Source of the DNA: Octopus sinensis
Lineage: Eukaryota
DNA length: 64,000 nucleotides
Assembly: GCF_006345805.1 (NCBI RefSeq)
Contig: NC_043016.1
Location: 8,060,001 to 8,124,000 of the forward strand
Reading direction: 5' to 3'
The notes under the pieces are model-generated. The model saw only the letters and a list, made by a program, of their open reading frames with translations, did not search any database and was not told the origin of the DNA. Positions 61,101 to 64,000 of this stretch are shown here, piece after piece. Position 1 is the stretch's first letter, and every line of letters starts with the position of its first letter. A program made the translations under genes and the position numbers.

Positions 61101-61664
61101 TTTGGGATGGAGGTGGATGGGTGGAGGGAGTGCCAAGGTATTGTATATCAAAGGTTACAATATCCAGGGTGTACTTCTTTTATCATATTTTGAAAGAAAT
61201 ATTTTGCTGTTGTTTCTATAAGGTCAAGTGGCTATGCAGAGGCTTCCTTGATAACTTCATTTCATTTTTGTATAGTGTGATGGAATGTACTAAACAAGGC
61301 TGATGTATACATTTACAGGCTCTCACTTATGTAATGAGTTAAAAGATTTTAACTGAAATATCTTTGTAATTAGTAGGTAAAAATGTCCCTCTCAAAAAAC
61401 AATAATATAGGATAATGTAGTCTTTTAAATATTATGCACTGGTGTTTTAAAGAAATTTAAAACCTTAGAATGTTCAAAAAAAAAAAAGAAAAAAAATAAG
61501 AGAAAAGGGAGTTAACTGTAATAAGTGCCAGCTGAAATTTTGGAAATTATGGGAGTGGATTTGGTCTTAAAAGTCAAATGTGAAAGTAACAGGCATGTTG
61601 TAGGTCGTATTAGTCCTCAACAAAACATATTCTATTTTTTTTTTATCATCATTATTCAACATAA

Positions 61665-62658
61665 ATGCAGGAGTGGCTGTGTGGTAAGTAGCTTGCTTAC
61701 CAACCACATGGTTCTGGGTTCAGCCCCACTGCATGACACCTTGGGTAAGTGTCTTCTACTATAGCCTCAGGCCGACCAAAGCCTTGTGAGTGGATTTGGT
61801 CGACGGAAACTGAAAGAAGCCCGTCGTATATGTGTGTGTGTGTATATATATGTGTGTGTGTGTGTCTGTATTTGTCCCCCCCCCCCCCAACATCACTTGA
61901 CAACCGATGCTGGTGTGTTTATGTCCCCATAACTTAGCGGTCCGGAAATAGAGACTGATAGAATAAGTACCAGGCTTGATTTGCTCGACTAAAGGTGGTG
62001 CTCCAGCATGGCCGCAGTCAAATGACTGAAACAAGTAAAAGAATAAAAGAATATGGTTTTCATGATGGCATGGAATATATATGGATAATTATTAATTTTT
62101 GTAGGTATATAAAAGGTACAGGTGTAGCTGTATGGTAAGAAGTTTGCTTTCCAACAAGATTGTCTCAGGTTCAGTCCTACTGTGTAGCACCTTGAGGAAG
62201 TGTCTTCTTAGTATCAAGCTGGATTTGGTAGATGGAAACTGAAAGAAACCTGTCATGTTGTAGTGTATATAATATATATACAGGTGCAGGAGTGTCTATG
62301 GTAAGTAGCTTACTTACCAACCACATGGTTCTGGGTTCAGTCCCACTGTGTGACACCTGGGCAAGTGTCTTCTATTTTAGCCTCAGGCTGACCACCAAAT
62401 CCTTGTGAGTGGATATAGTAGATGGAAACTGAAAGAAGACTATTGTATATATATATATATATATTCTATATTAATTATATTTATATTATTTGTTATTGAT
62501 GTATTGGTTTACGTCTATCACTGTTTGAGTTGCATAATAGTGGTTTTATCTCTAATTTATATTTCATATATTTATACTGTGAAATTTGATTTAATACTAA
62601 ATTGAATTTTTCCCTGTAAGTTTGGAGTTATACTCCCTAATATCATTATTATTATATA

Positions 62659-62697
<39 letters not shown>

Positions 62698-62709
62698 ATA
62701 TATATAATA

Positions 62710-62747
<38 letters not shown>

Positions 62748-62985
62748 GTATGTATATATGATGTGTGTGTATATGTTTGTGTGTCTGTGTTTGTCCCTCC
62801 ACCATTGCTTGACAACAGATATTAGTGTATTTACGTCCCCATAGCTTAGTGGTTCGGCAAAAGAGACCAGTAGAATAAATACTAGGCTTACAAAGAATAA
62901 GTCCTGGGGTTGATTGGCTCATCTAAAGGTGGTGCTTCAGCATGGCCGCAGTCATATGACTGAAACAAGTAAAAGAATAAGAGAA
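61665..62985 (+). mobile_element. Cluster of family B copies (about 61665-62050, 62115-62270, 62280-62445, 62770-62985)
   Basis: Repeated B head, body and tail text. Confidence 0.85.
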
Positions 62986-63039
62986 TTAAAGATTGTGTGT
63001 GTGTGTGTTATTGTCTTTTTATATTGACTTTATGTGATA

Positions 63040-63245
63040 GTTGTAAATGGATGTCACCATCCTGCAAGCTGTGTCCTCTGTTTCATTCTTCCATCAAAAC
63101 ATGTCTGGCTGTGAGGAAATATTACCTTACTCGGAAACAGGTGATGGTTGGCAACAGGAAGGGCATCTGGTAGCAGGAAATCCTCTCCAATGAATTCCAT
63201 GTAACTCATCTGAGTATGGAAATGTGAATGTTAAAATGATGGGGG
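63040..63245 (+). mobile_element. Family R-related element (variant body)
   Basis: ggttggcaacaggaagggcatctgg...ggaaatgtgaatgttaaaatgatg; similar to 32280-32495. Confidence 0.65.
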
Positions 63246-63669
63246 ATAATGTTGGAGCATGATTTTTTCAGAAGTTTTGGCTGCTATTTCTACCGATTAA
63301 GTAACCATGTAGAGAGATTCCTTGGCAGCAGTCATGGCAAAAGTAGTATAGAAGTAGTCATGCTGAAGTGATAGTGATCATTGGCAGCAGCTATAATTGT
63401 AGTCATGGTAACAACAGTGGAGGTACAGGTAGTCTTTAAGATACCAGCAGTGGCCATCTTCGAGGTACTATTGGTGCATTTGAAGAAAAAAAAAAATCTC
63501 CTCAACTGTATGCACAAAGAAAAATTGAGAAATGTGTGTATATGTGTAGCTATTTTTTGTGTGTGTGTGAATGTTTGTCAGTCAGTAACTGTGTTTTTCT
63601 TTGATATTTATTGGAAATTTCTTGGGGAACTTAAAGTTCTTTGCAGAATTCAAGCCAGTCTTAAGTAAA

Positions 63670-63716
<47 letters not shown>

Positions 63717-64000
63717 GTATATACATATACGTATATGTATATATATATATATATATAAATGTATGTATATGTATATATATATATGTATATGTATATATAT
63801 ATATGTATATATATATGTATATGTATATATATATATGTATATATATATGTATATGTATATATATATATGTATATATATGTATGTATGTATATATATATAT
63901 ATATGTATATGTATATATATATGTATATATATATATGTATATATATTATATATATGTATGTATATATATTGTATATATATGTATGTATATATATATATAT
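63670..64000. repeat. (TG)n/(TA)n/(TATG)n microsatellite running off the window end
   Basis: Direct reading. Confidence 0.95.

Overview
AT-rich eukaryotic (animal) non-coding DNA, either intergenic or inside a very long intron. The repeat families look like those of octopus (cephalopod) genomes; that is recognition from memory, not a database result. I found no intact protein-coding gene, rRNA, true tRNA or CRISPR array. Most ORFs in the supplied track are translated (TA)n/(TG)n/(CA)n microsatellites or SINE bodies; the few informative ones are decayed transposon proteins. The window contains: (i) dozens of SINE-like copies in about 4 families (A, B, C and a CORE-like D, all with tRNA-like heads) plus a (GAT)n-tailed family R with internal ~55-60 bp tandem units; (ii) decayed autonomous elements: CR1-like LINE (endonuclease and C-terminal pieces), a Penelope-like RT+GIY-YIG element, an RTE 3' end, an RLE-type LINE 3' end, a Gypsy integrase GPY/F module, a Tigger/pogo transposase and a probable Helitron helicase scrap; (iii) non-autonomous DNA elements: two Helitrons, TTAA-flanked piggyBac-like MITEs and a hAT MITE; (iv) large microsatellite fields. 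The most notable unannotated signal is four type I hammerhead-ribozyme motifs (19123-19165 minus, 35200-35286 plus, 57975-58057 plus, 58381-58453 minus). Each has a self-complementary (or nearly so) stem III, three have unusually long stem II insertions (44-58 nt), and all sit in short non-coding modules abutting (TA)n tracts. The last two face each other across one microsatellite, and a decayed Penelope-like element in the same window is a candidate mobiliser. Coordinates for degenerate repeats are approximate (about 10-30 bp).
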